Part shown: piece after piece, positions 1-9,157 of the stretch
How the letters are laid out: the number at the start of each line of letters is the position of its first letter
How positions within the stretch are numbered: the first letter of the stretch is position 1
NCBI GenBank assembly: GCA_030583825.1
Contig: CP129477.1
Coordinates: forward strand, 510,308 to 574,307
Direction: 5' to 3'
Length of the DNA: 64,000 bases
Source of the DNA: Candidatus Dojkabacteria bacterium
GTDB lineage: Bacteria; Patescibacteriota; Dojkabacteria; GCA-002793355
The notes under the pieces: generated by a model
Told to the model about the DNA's origin: nothing
Databases searched by the model: none
Seen by the model: only the letters and a program-made list of their open reading frames with translations
Program-made: the position numbers and the translations under genes

Positions 1-118
1 ATGCCACAAAAAATAACTTACAGTGCTTTTACATTTGTGTCTTTAGGAAAACCTCTGAAATGAGAGAGGTTACTCTCTTTATTCCCGCAATGCTGCCTTT
101 CTTTTCAGAAAAACACCG

Positions 119-190
119 TTGCGGGACCTGGATTCGAACCAGGAACCTTCAGGTTATGGGCCTGACGAGCTGCCGTTGCTCCATCCCGCT
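119..190 (-). tRNA. tRNA with CAT anticodon (Met/fMet/Ile2-type), 72 nt
   Basis: Minus-strand cloverleaf: acceptor AGCGGGA/TCCCGCA, T-loop TTCGAAT, anticodon stem TCAGG/CCTGA, loop CCCATAA giving CAU. Odd features are C at position 33 and an A1xA72 mismatch. No encoded CCA. The 60..266 '+' ORF overlapping it is spurious. Confidence 0.55.
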
Positions 191-459
191 GTGGTCGCTC
201 AGAAAAAATTTTTGTGAAAAACAAAAATTTCTTTCTTTGCTCCATCTAAGAATGATGAAGTGTTAGTAAATGTACTGTGTACCCTCGTGTGAAGATACCT
301 TTCTTCGCTCCAAAATATTTGTAGGCTTATTAACTGTTGCAGAGTATCTCCGGTCGAAGCTTTGAAAAATTTCTCAACTTAACTGGAAAATCAGCAAAGT
401 GTTAATTGTCCCAGAATTTCTGGATAGTGAAGTTAACGAGTCAGTGGTATTATACTCCA

Positions 460-1197
460 ATGGAGGAAAGATTGCAAAAACTACTACGTGATAAGTTAGG
501 AATCTCCCGCAGAAACGCTGAGGTTTTTATTGCCGAAGGAAAAGTCACTGTTAATGGCAAAATTGCAAAATTGGGAGACAAAGCAAAGCTTGCAGACGAT
601 ATAAAAATCGCAGGAAAAGCTCTAAATCCCGACCAAAAGCAAAAACATACTCCAAAACGCTATTTTCTTGTATATAAGCCCGTAGGATATACCTCTTCAA
701 CGGAGGATGCGTATGCAGAGAGGCTTGTAACTAGCCTCGTAAGCCCTAAAAAGGGCCTTGTAATCGCCGGAAGACTGGATGTGCCGTCTGAAGGCCTTGT
801 CCTCCTTACTGACGATGGAGACCTTGTTTTTAAGCTTACACACCCCAAATTCGAGGTGCCAAAAGAGTATGAGGTTACAATTTCCGGGCACATCTCGCTT
901 GAAGGACTGCAGCAGTTAACGAAAGGTATCCGCGATGAGGGTGAGTTTCTTATTATGAAAAAGGTCTCCATTCTAAAAGTCGAGCGAAAGTTAACGGTAC
1001 TGAAATGTATCCTCACCGAAGGGAAAAAACGTGAAATTCGCCGCATGATGAATGCTCTTGGCAAAGAAGTACAAACCCTGAAACGTGTGGCAATTGGCCC
1101 ATTTCGCTTGGGAAATCTTACTCCTGGCAAGTCTGTACCGCTATCAGAAAAAGAGGTACGCAGCTTAATGGCTGGATTTGCTCGGAATTCCAAGTAG
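460..1197 (+). CDS. pseudouridine synthase, RsuA/RluB/RluF family (N-terminal S4 domain)
   Basis: S4-like N-terminus (ERLQKLLRDKLGISRRNAEVFIAEGKVTVNGK), catalytic GRLD motif (IAGRLDVPSEGLVLLTDDG) and KEY motif. Likely start is the ATG at 460 inside the track ORF 406..1197. Confidence 0.8.
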   Translation: MEERLQKLLRDKLGISRRNAEVFIAEGKVTVNGKIAKLGDKAKLADDIKIAGKALNPDQKQKHTPKRYFLVYKPVGYTSSTEDAYAERLVTSLVSPKKGLVIAGRLDVPSEGLVLLTDDGDLVFKLTHPKFEVPKEYEVTISGHISLEGLQQLTKGIRDEGEFLIMKKVSILKVERKLTVLKCILTEGKKREIRRMMNALGKEVQTLKRVAIGPFRLGNLTPGKSVPLSEKEVRSLMAGFARNSK

Positions 1198-1563
1198 TTA
1201 CAGTCGTGGAGAGCTTACTCCGTATAATAAAACGTCTAGCCAAATCTTTTTAACGTCAATAGGGGCAATAGTTTCTTCTGTGGAAACGAGTGGGGCGGGC
1301 TTTTGAGTAAAAACGACTAATTTCTCTCCGGCTTTGTAGTAGTTCAAGCTCTCGCGGAGCTGTTTTTCCGCAAAAAACGGAGTATTTATATAGTCAAGCT
1401 CATTCTTTTTCTTGATCAATTCGATGTATTGCTGCTGCAGCTGGACTTTGCGGGTATCGTAGATTAACCCAACGCCATATGACTCAGAAATACTTCGCAA
1501 TGCGTTTACAGAAATAACGAGGCAGCAGAAAATGACAACGACTGATACTATATTCACTTTCAT
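1198..1563 (-). CDS. small secreted/membrane-anchored hypothetical protein
   Basis: 121-aa ORF with a hydrophobic N-terminal signal-like segment (MKVNIVSVVVIFCCLVISVNA). No recognised domain. Confidence 0.4.
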   Translation of the reverse strand: MKVNIVSVVVIFCCLVISVNALRSISESYGVGLIYDTRKVQLQQQYIELIKKKNELDYINTPFFAEKQLRESLNYYKAGEKLVVFTQKPAPLVSTEETIAPIDVKKIWLDVLLYGVSSPRL

Positions 1564-1666
1564 GTTTATATAATACCATGTTTGCAGATAACGACAGTAC
1601 TGCGTTGATTTATCGGCATATCCTTGATATAATTCTTATAGGTTTAATCTGAACTGTCGCATAACT

Positions 1667-2548
1667 ATGGCACTAGTGAATGAATTGGTTGTAAAATTTA
1701 TTGAATACCTCAAAAACACGGGAAAGTCGGAATCAACTCTTGTGGCCTATCGTAAAGATATCGAACAGATGCGTGACTTTCTTTTGTCAAAGGGGATACA
1801 CAATGTCGAAGAAATAAAGATTGATGATTTGAAGCCGTTCTTGGAATATCTTCGTGTCGAGAAAGGTTTTAATCTCAAAACAATCTCACGAAAAATTAAT
1901 AGCATTCGAACATTCTTTAAATTTCTTCGAGAACAGGGAGCAATTGCAGAGGACTCTGATCCTTCATTGAAATTGACCCATCCAAAAATTGAAAGTAAAC
2001 TTCCACGAGTACTTAACCGTGTTGAATATCGCGCTCTTCGTGATGCAAGCCGTGCAGATGTTCGGCTATATACAATGGTCGAAATTCTTTTGCAGACAGG
2101 TCTTCGCATTGGAGAATTACAGCGATTGCAGGTTGAAGACATTAAAGTAACTCCTCTTGGACACCGATATTTGCAAATTCAAACATTCGGCTCACACCAG
2201 AATCGCAATGTTCCTTTGAACGAAACAGCATATCAGGCAATTCAAGATTACTTGAAAGTTCGCCCAACAGCAGCAGGTACAGTAAAGAGCATCTTTCTTA
2301 CAAAAAGTGGAAATGCTATTCCTATCCGAAATATGCGATCCGCAATCAAGCGAGCATTTAGCCGTGCAGGAATCAAAAACGCAACCGTAAACGATATTCG
2401 CAATACATTTATTGCTCACCACCTTGCAAATGGCGTAAATGTTCTTACTGTCGCAAAGATTGTCGGACACAAGAGAATCTCAACAACAGAGAAATATCTC
2501 GAAATCCTCAAACCAAAAGAAGGAAGTGATAAACTGGGTGAGCTATAG
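1667..2548 (+). CDS. tyrosine site-specific recombinase, XerC/XerD family
   Basis: N-terminal SAM-like core-binding domain (LVAYRKDIEQMRDFL). C-terminal catalytic motifs: LLQTGLRIGEL (Arg I), HxxR region (IRNTFIAHHLANG) and the catalytic Tyr region (STTEKYLEI). Confidence 0.8.
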   Translation: MALVNELVVKFIEYLKNTGKSESTLVAYRKDIEQMRDFLLSKGIHNVEEIKIDDLKPFLEYLRVEKGFNLKTISRKINSIRTFFKFLREQGAIAEDSDPSLKLTHPKIESKLPRVLNRVEYRALRDASRADVRLYTMVEILLQTGLRIGELQRLQVEDIKVTPLGHRYLQIQTFGSHQNRNVPLNETAYQAIQDYLKVRPTAAGTVKSIFLTKSGNAIPIRNMRSAIKRAFSRAGIKNATVNDIRNTFIAHHLANGVNVLTVAKIVGHKRISTTEKYLEILKPKEGSDKLGEL

Positions 2549-2943
2549 TCCTTAGTTAAAGCTTTTTACGACTATAGTGGAACCGCAGTGAGGAAACCCC
2601 AGTAATAAAGATTTAATAAGTTGACGGAACCGAGCAAAAAGATAACTGACGTTATGTTTTTGTGAAGGAGGTTAGAAATAGCAACAATTTGCTATTGTGT
2701 TGCAAGGCCGGGGAGCTGTAATCCTTTTGCAAGGAGTCCTCTGCTAAACATGAGCAGCAAAATCATATTTTACGCGAATACTTTCAGATAGAGATAAGGA
2801 CTTACAACGAAGCCATTGCATTGTTTACTGTAGCCTTACAAATTTCTCTCCTGTTTCACAAAACTCACCCTCGGCAATGTCATATCAAAAGTCCATATTT
2901 CACACATAATTACGGAACGCTTTATGATATAATAACAATTATT

Positions 2944-3020
2944 GGTGAGGTAGCTCAGTTGGTTAGAGCACGGGATTCATAACCCCGAGGTCAGCGGTTC
3001 GATCCTGCTCCTCACCACCA
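2944..3020 (+). tRNA. tRNA-Met (anticodon CAT), 77 nt with encoded CCA
   Basis: Cloverleaf by eye: acceptor GGTGAGG/CCTCACC, D-arm GCTC..GAGC, anticodon loop TTCATAA, T-loop TTCGATC, 3' ACCA. 1:72 is paired (G:C), so it looks like an elongator or Ile2-type rather than a classical initiator. Confidence 0.85.
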
Positions 3021-3079
3021 TTTTTTATGAAGTTCTCTGCCAAAGGGCAGGAGTAAAGTTTAATTTCAACTCAGTTTTA

Positions 3080-5044
3080 ATGGCTAAAAACAAGAAAAAA
3101 GACCGTGCAGTGATCGTCGAAGGGGAAATTACCGGAGATACAGTGCGAAATTTTGTAATCGGAATCGTTCTTATCATTGTTTTATTCTTTGGATTTAACG
3201 CATTTAACCTGTGGTCAATGGGCGAAGCAGTTCCAGTACAGGAAGCAGTAAAACAAATCAAAGAAGGAAGCGTTCAAGAAGTCACTATTCGTGATAACTC
3301 CGTCATCTTGCAGAAAAACGATGGCAAACGCTACTACACAATGGTGGATAGTAAAACTTCATTTTTTGAGTTATTGCAACGTGATGGGATTGTGTTGTCA
3401 CAAATTAATGCAAAAATTACCGTTCCTCCTTCAGCAGGAATCACCTTTGGAGATGTTCTTACTCTTATTTTTATAGGAGCAACCATTTACGGAATCTTCA
3501 CATTTTTAAATATTCTTAAAAAACAATCTGGCGGAGGCGGAGGCCTCATGTCGTTTGGAAAAAGTACAGCACGTGTGATTATTGGCAAGAGACCAGAAGT
3601 TACTTTCAAGGATGTTGCCGGAGCAAACGAATCAAAGCAGGAAATTTCAGAAGTTGTTGATTTTTTGAAAGATCCAAAAGCATTTTTTGATATGGGAGCA
3701 CGTATTCCACGCGGAGTATTGCTCGTTGGTGATCCAGGAACAGGTAAAACATTACTCGCACGAGCAGTCGCAGGAGAAGCAAAAGCACCGTTTTTCCATA
3801 CCTCTGGGCCTGAATTTGAAGAAATGCTTGTTGGAGCGGGTGCAGCACGTGTTCGAGACTTGTTTAAACGTGCAAAAAGCCTTTCTCCAGCAATTATTTT
3901 CATTGACGAAATTGATGCAGTTGCCCGTCGCCGTGGACTCGATTTAAAGTCATCCAGCACGGAGCAAACATTGAACCAAATTCTCGTTGAAATGGATGGA
4001 TTCGAGAAACGCGATGCCGTCATCGTGATTGCTGCAACTAACCGACCGGATGTTCTTGATCCAGCAGTACTTCGCCCAGGACGTTTTGACCGAATTGTTA
4101 CATTGTCTCTTCCAGACCATAACGAAAGAGAAGAAATTTTAAAAATCCATGCACGAAATAAAAAGCTTGCCGAAGATATTTCAATGAAAGAAGTTGCTCA
4201 ATTTACGTTGGGATTTTCGGGTGCACAGCTTGAAAACCTCATGAACGAGGCAGCAATTCAAGCAGTCCGCAATAAGCACGCGCTTATTACAAAAGAAGAT
4301 ATGAAAGAAGCAATCTTGAAGGTAAGCTTAGGGCCACGTCGTGAAAGTATGACAATGACAGAAGAAAGCATTAAAAATACTGCATATCACGAAGCAGGAC
4401 ACGCGATTGTGGGAGCCTACTTAAAGCATGCTGATAAAATCCGTTCAATCTCGATTGTGCCGCGTGGACGCTCACTTGGTGTGACATACTCAATGTCTGA
4501 CACAGACAAAACAAATGAAACCTACGGCAGCTTAGTGGATGACATCGCAATGTTTGCAGCAGGTCGTGTCGCAGAAGAGTTGATCTTTGGCGTAGACAAT
4601 ATTACAACCGGTGCATCAAGTGATATTCAGCGCGCAACATACCTCGCAAACAAGCTTGTAAAACGTTTTGGAATGAATGATAAAGTCGGCTTTATTCAAT
4701 ACGAAGACGATCGCGAATATGATTATCTTGCATTCAAGCCAAACTACAGCGATGAAACAGCAAAAGTCATTGACCAGGAGGTGAAAAAGCTTGTCCAAGA
4801 ACAGTATGATAAAGCAAAAAATATTCTTACTCGTGAACGAAAACTCTTAGATACTGTTGCAAATACATTGTTATCCCAAGAAGCATTACAGGAAGCAGAA
4901 TTTGAAGCGCTTGTTGAGAAATACGGCACAGAAAAGCCTCCTGTTAAAGAAAAGCCACGAGTACAGACAGTCACAGAGTGGATTACTGGCAATGCAAAGC
5001 TCTCCGAAGGGACAGGTACGCAAGAAGAAGTTCAGCCACAATAA
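3080..5044 (+). CDS. ftsH: ATP-dependent zinc metalloprotease FtsH
   Basis: Two N-terminal TM helices. AAA Walker A (GVLLVGDPGTGKT), Walker B (IIFIDEIDAV), second region of homology, and the zinc motif HEAGHAIV. Confidence 0.95.
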   Translation: MAKNKKKDRAVIVEGEITGDTVRNFVIGIVLIIVLFFGFNAFNLWSMGEAVPVQEAVKQIKEGSVQEVTIRDNSVILQKNDGKRYYTMVDSKTSFFELLQRDGIVLSQINAKITVPPSAGITFGDVLTLIFIGATIYGIFTFLNILKKQSGGGGGLMSFGKSTARVIIGKRPEVTFKDVAGANESKQEISEVVDFLKDPKAFFDMGARIPRGVLLVGDPGTGKTLLARAVAGEAKAPFFHTSGPEFEEMLVGAGAARVRDLFKRAKSLSPAIIFIDEIDAVARRRGLDLKSSSTEQTLNQILVEMDGFEKRDAVIVIAATNRPDVLDPAVLRPGRFDRIVTLSLPDHNEREEILKIHARNKKLAEDISMKEVAQFTLGFSGAQLENLMNEAAIQAVRNKHALITKEDMKEAILKVSLGPRRESMTMTEESIKNTAYHEAGHAIVGAYLKHADKIRSISIVPRGRSLGVTYSMSDTDKTNETYGSLVDDIAMFAAGRVAEELIFGVDNITTGASSDIQRATYLANKLVKRFGMNDKVGFIQYEDDREYDYLAFKPNYSDETAKVIDQEVKKLVQEQYDKAKNILTRERKLLDTVANTLLSQEALQEAEFEALVEKYGTEKPPVKEKPRVQTVTEWITGNAKLSEGTGTQEEVQPQ

Positions 5045-5082
5045 GGCTTTTACGGAATTGGCGTGTGCTGATAAAATAGCGG

Positions 5083-7968
5083 ATGTCAGGAATTCACAAA
5101 GGTCTTTTACTTGCGATTGATGCAAACTCATTATTACACCGAGCATATCACGCGTACCCATTAACGATGGTTACTTCGGATGGAGTACCAGTAAACGCGG
5201 CATTCGGATTTACCTCGATGCTATTAGATACTTTGCTGAAGTATCGTCCAGAATATGTTTTTTGTGCGTTTGATACTCATAAGCCGACGTTTCGTCACAC
5301 AGACTATTTGGGGTACAAAATGAATCGTCCGAAAACCGATTCAGAGCTTGTTGACCAAATTCCTCTCGTTGATAATGTCTTGAATGCGTTGAATATTCCT
5401 ATTTTTCGCGTAGATGGCTACGAAGCAGATGACATTCTTGGGACAGTCGCTGCGAAAGCTGTTGCAGATGTTCATGGCCCCATTTCCAACGCTTTTATTT
5501 TAACTGGTGACCGGGATTTGTATCAGCTGGTTAATGAAAAAGTACAGGTCGTGATGCCAAAAGGATCGTTTAAAAATTTACAGGAATATGGAGAAACGCA
5601 GGTGATTGAATCAATGGGAGTTCCTCCGGTACGGATTACTGACTTGAAAGGACTTATGGGTGATGCATCGGATAATATTCCTGGAGTCAAAGGCATTGGC
5701 CCGAAAACTGCTGCAGATTTGATCACAACATTTGGTTCATTGGAAGAAATTTACCAAAATATTGAAGAGGTGGCTAAAAAGTCAAAAAGAATTGCTGAAA
5801 AACTTGCAGAAGAGCAGGAAGTCGCAGTGCTAAGTAAACAACTTGCAACGATTAAGTTGGATACTCCAGTCACATTTAAGTATGATGCCGCGTTGACGAG
5901 TGATTTTTCATTGCATAAAGCAACTGCGTTATTTACTCAGTATCAGTTTAAGTCATTGCTTCCGCGGCTGAAAAAGTTCGATGATATTGCACCAAAATTG
6001 GATGGTCAGGAACAAACAGAGACAATGGAGGATGTACAAAGTTTAACACTGAAAGAAGAAATGTCTCATTGGATTGGCCAATTGCCGGATGATTTAAGAG
6101 GTGGGGACACACTTGCCGCGCTTGATCGCTTAGACGCGGTCTTACTATCGAGTGAATCACATTCTTTTGAAAATATGTCCGGAAAAGGGCTTGGTGAGCG
6201 TGTAGAATTCCTTGGGAAAATATTGGAAGAACTACAGTCGGATGCATTTTCTCAATTTGTCATTGTGTATTACGGGCGAGCAGTGTACATAACGGATATT
6301 TCAGATGCGAGATTGTCATTAGCAGGAGGAGCAAAAATCATTTTTCATGGATTTTTTAGCTATTGGAACGAATGTGTGACTGGCCCAGAACAATCATCTT
6401 TGGACAAAAAACAACACGAAATCCTGAAAGCGCTGTTTGCTGCAGATGTTTTAGTGGATATTCCTTCTTTAACATATGCAATGGCCGCTGGACGTGGAGA
6501 TTATGATATTTCGCAAGCGGTATTACAGTATGGCATTTTACCTCAACATGTTTCCCAACAGCTTCCAATTATTGCATTGATGCAAGCAGCAAAAGCAACG
6601 GTCGGATTACCAGAATATGTGGGACTTACGCGTATTGTTGAGTTGTGGAAGCAGCGTCCTCAAAGAGGAGATATGACAATTCCTGAGTCGGTACATCTCT
6701 TTTTGGATAAACCTGCACAGTTTGGAGTTGCGCTTATGCACTTGCGCGGTATTGGAATAAATCCAGAACTCGTATTGGAATATGGGCAGTCGTTGGAAAA
6801 AGAAATTGCCACACTAGAAAAGGGCATCTTCGATGACATTGGATTCGAATTTAACATTCGTTCTCCAAAACAGCTGGGAGATATTTTATTCTCTCATTTG
6901 GGATTGCCGTCAAAGAAAAAAACAAAAACAGGCTTTTCTACAGACGATGAGGTCTTGCAAGAGCTTTTACCCGCCCACCCTGCAGTGGAGAAAGTACTCA
7001 AATACCGGCAGCTTTCCAAGCTTCTCAATACATACATTCGTCCTTTTCTCGATCTTGCCCAACGTCACAATGAGGCGACTTCTGGACAGCAATTAACATT
7101 TGGTGCCGGAAATGTCGAAAACAGCTCGGGAAATTTCTTTAGAATTCACTCTGAATTTGATCCAATGTCCACATCTTCGGGGCGCTTGTCGTCGAGCAAT
7201 CCTAACTTACAGAACCTACCGATTAAAACTCTGGAAGGAAAAATGATCCGCAAGTTCTTTGTTCCAGAAGCAGGAAATGTTCTCATTTCGATAGATTATT
7301 CGCAAATTGATCTGCGTGTAATGGCTCATATTTCCGGAGATCCAGGACTTTTGGAGGCATTTACCAAAGAACGAGATGTTCACAGAACAACCGCAGCAAA
7401 GATTTTTGGAGTTGACTACGCAGATGTAAATGACTCACAGCGACGTATTGCAAAAACCGTAAACTTCGGTCTTTTATATGGAATGTCGGCATTCGGATTG
7501 TCCAAGTCTATCGGTGTGTCAGTGAAAGAAGCGGATGCATTTATAAAAGCGTATTTCGAGTCATTTCCAAATGTTCAGAAATATATGGAAGAAACGATTG
7601 ATTTCGCCTCGCAGTATGGGTATGTTCTATCGTTATTGGGTCGCCGAAGATATATGTACGGAATTGATGCGAACAACCAGCAACGACGTCAGGCAGCACA
7701 GCGAGAGGCAATAAACATGCCGATCCAGGGTGGTTCAGATGATATTATGCGTCTGGCACTTGGACAGATATCGCTTATGGATGAAGTCCTCTCCGGCAAA
7801 GTTCGTTTGGTGTTACAGATTCATGACGAGCTTGTGTTTGAAGCTCCAGATGATGAGAAGTTCTTGAAAGAGTTTATTCCAAAACTGACGAATACAATGG
7901 AACATGTGCTTGAATTGGCAGTGCCGTTGAAGGTAGAGTATGCGGTAGGGAAAAACTTGGACATATAA
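5083..7968 (+). CDS. polA: DNA polymerase I
   Basis: N-terminal 5'-3' exonuclease/FEN domain (GDASDNIPGVKGIGPKTA helix-hairpin-helix). Pol A motifs in the C-terminal half: RRQAAQREAINMPIQGGSDDIM and QIHDELVFE. 961 aa. Confidence 0.9.
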   Translation: MSGIHKGLLLAIDANSLLHRAYHAYPLTMVTSDGVPVNAAFGFTSMLLDTLLKYRPEYVFCAFDTHKPTFRHTDYLGYKMNRPKTDSELVDQIPLVDNVLNALNIPIFRVDGYEADDILGTVAAKAVADVHGPISNAFILTGDRDLYQLVNEKVQVVMPKGSFKNLQEYGETQVIESMGVPPVRITDLKGLMGDASDNIPGVKGIGPKTAADLITTFGSLEEIYQNIEEVAKKSKRIAEKLAEEQEVAVLSKQLATIKLDTPVTFKYDAALTSDFSLHKATALFTQYQFKSLLPRLKKFDDIAPKLDGQEQTETMEDVQSLTLKEEMSHWIGQLPDDLRGGDTLAALDRLDAVLLSSESHSFENMSGKGLGERVEFLGKILEELQSDAFSQFVIVYYGRAVYITDISDARLSLAGGAKIIFHGFFSYWNECVTGPEQSSLDKKQHEILKALFAADVLVDIPSLTYAMAAGRGDYDISQAVLQYGILPQHVSQQLPIIALMQAAKATVGLPEYVGLTRIVELWKQRPQRGDMTIPESVHLFLDKPAQFGVALMHLRGIGINPELVLEYGQSLEKEIATLEKGIFDDIGFEFNIRSPKQLGDILFSHLGLPSKKKTKTGFSTDDEVLQELLPAHPAVEKVLKYRQLSKLLNTYIRPFLDLAQRHNEATSGQQLTFGAGNVENSSGNFFRIHSEFDPMSTSSGRLSSSNPNLQNLPIKTLEGKMIRKFFVPEAGNVLISIDYSQIDLRVMAHISGDPGLLEAFTKERDVHRTTAAKIFGVDYADVNDSQRRIAKTVNFGLLYGMSAFGLSKSIGVSVKEADAFIKAYFESFPNVQKYMEETIDFASQYGYVLSLLGRRRYMYGIDANNQQRRQAAQREAINMPIQGGSDDIMRLALGQISLMDEVLSGKVRLVLQIHDELVFEAPDDEKFLKEFIPKLTNTMEHVLELAVPLKVEYAVGKNLDI

Positions 7969-7970
7969 AT

Positions 7971-8050
7971 ACGTCGCTCGATTTCCTCTCGAATCCGCAA
8001 ATATTGCTTAACGCTGCTTTGCAGCTACAAAATCTGCGGGATCTCGCCTC
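7971..8050 (+). repeat. intergenic repeat copy 1 (core CTCGAATCCGCAAATATTGCT...)
   Basis: Immediately after the polA stop codon. About 60 nt are near-identical to the reverse complement of 37781..37845, and the first ~22 nt match 30204..30224. Confidence 0.6.
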
Positions 8051-8125
8051 AATCTCGCTCCGTTTTACATTAACCATGTGAGAGTTTTTCACTGCGGTTC
8101 CAAGATTGTCCGATTAAACGATTAA

Positions 8126-9157
8126 ATGATACAATCTTTCATGAGAATTTTATCAGGGATCCAGCCGACTGGAACGCTACATATCGGAAACTATTTAGGC
8201 TCTGTGAAGCAATGGTCGGATATGTTGAATGATTCTCCTGAAATTGAGGCATTTTTGATGGTTGTTGACCTTCACGCAATTACAGTTCCACAAGATCCTG
8301 CAGTCCTTCGACGTAAAATTTACGAGCTTCTCGCTATTTATTTGGCCGCAGGTTTTAATCCTGAGAAAGATAACATCTTTGTGCAGTCACAGAATCCGGA
8401 TCACCCATATCTTGGGTGGATCTTTAACTGTATTACGCCGTTCGGGTGGATGGAGCGCATGACTCAGTACAAAGACAAAAAACAGAAGATGGAAGAGTAT
8501 CAAAATATCGTATCTGTCGGACTTTTCGACTATCCAGCCTTGATGGCAGCTGATATTTTGCTCTATGACCCTGATATGGTACCTGTTGGAGCTGATCAAA
8601 AGCAGCACGTAGAATTGACTCGCGATATTGCCGAGAGGTTTAACAATATTTATGGAGAAACATTCAAAGTACCGGAATTCAGAACAAATAAAGAAACGAC
8701 AAATATTCTCGACTTGCAAAATCCGGACAAGAAAATGAGTAAATCAGATGCTAGTGCTGCCGGAAGAATTGATTTAATGGATACCCCCCAGGGTATTCAA
8801 GATAAGCTAAAACGGGCAGTTACAGATAGTGACAATCATGTTGCATACGATCCAGAAAAGAAGCCAGGAGTATCGAACTTATTAGCTATTTTCAGTAGTG
8901 CAACCGGCAAAACAGTAGAAGAACTTGCTCAGGCATATGATGGCAAAGGGTATGGACAGTTTAAGTCAGATATTGCTGACGCAGTCGTTGCTTTCCTTTC
9001 ACCACTGCAGGAAAAAATAAATACCTATTTATCTGACCTTGAACAATTGGACAGAATAGTCAATAATGGAAATGAACGAGCGCGAGAATTGTCGTCACAG
9101 AAAATTGCGCTTGTCGCAGATAAAATGGGTTTATATCACGATGGCAAGAAAATCTAA
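8126..9157 (+). CDS. trpS: tryptophan--tRNA ligase
   Basis: Class I HIGH-type motif (GIQPTGTLHIGNYLG) and KMSKS (KMSKSD). GADQKQH motif typical of TrpRS. Confidence 0.9.
   Translation: MIQSFMRILSGIQPTGTLHIGNYLGSVKQWSDMLNDSPEIEAFLMVVDLHAITVPQDPAVLRRKIYELLAIYLAAGFNPEKDNIFVQSQNPDHPYLGWIFNCITPFGWMERMTQYKDKKQKMEEYQNIVSVGLFDYPALMAADILLYDPDMVPVGADQKQHVELTRDIAERFNNIYGETFKVPEFRTNKETTNILDLQNPDKKMSKSDASAAGRIDLMDTPQGIQDKLKRAVTDSDNHVAYDPEKKPGVSNLLAIFSSATGKTVEELAQAYDGKGYGQFKSDIADAVVAFLSPLQEKINTYLSDLEQLDRIVNNGNERARELSSQKIALVADKMGLYHDGKKI

Noticed and set aside
60-266. 68-aa '+' ORF at the window start
   Set aside because: It overlaps a well-folding minus-strand tRNA (119..190) and has odd composition. It is most likely spurious.
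660-1193. 177-aa minus-strand ORF antisense to the pseudouridine synthase gene
   Set aside because: It is entirely nested antisense within a motif-supported CDS. Its composition is Arg/Ser-rich, typical of shadow ORFs.
1667-2548. Integrase as evidence of an integrated mobile element
   Set aside because: The recombinase resembles housekeeping XerC/D. No flanking direct repeats, phage or conjugation genes are present. It is kept only as a caveat under the tRNA finding.
3487-4023. 178-aa minus-strand ORF inside ftsH
   Set aside because: Antisense shadow of a highly conserved gene. No independent support.
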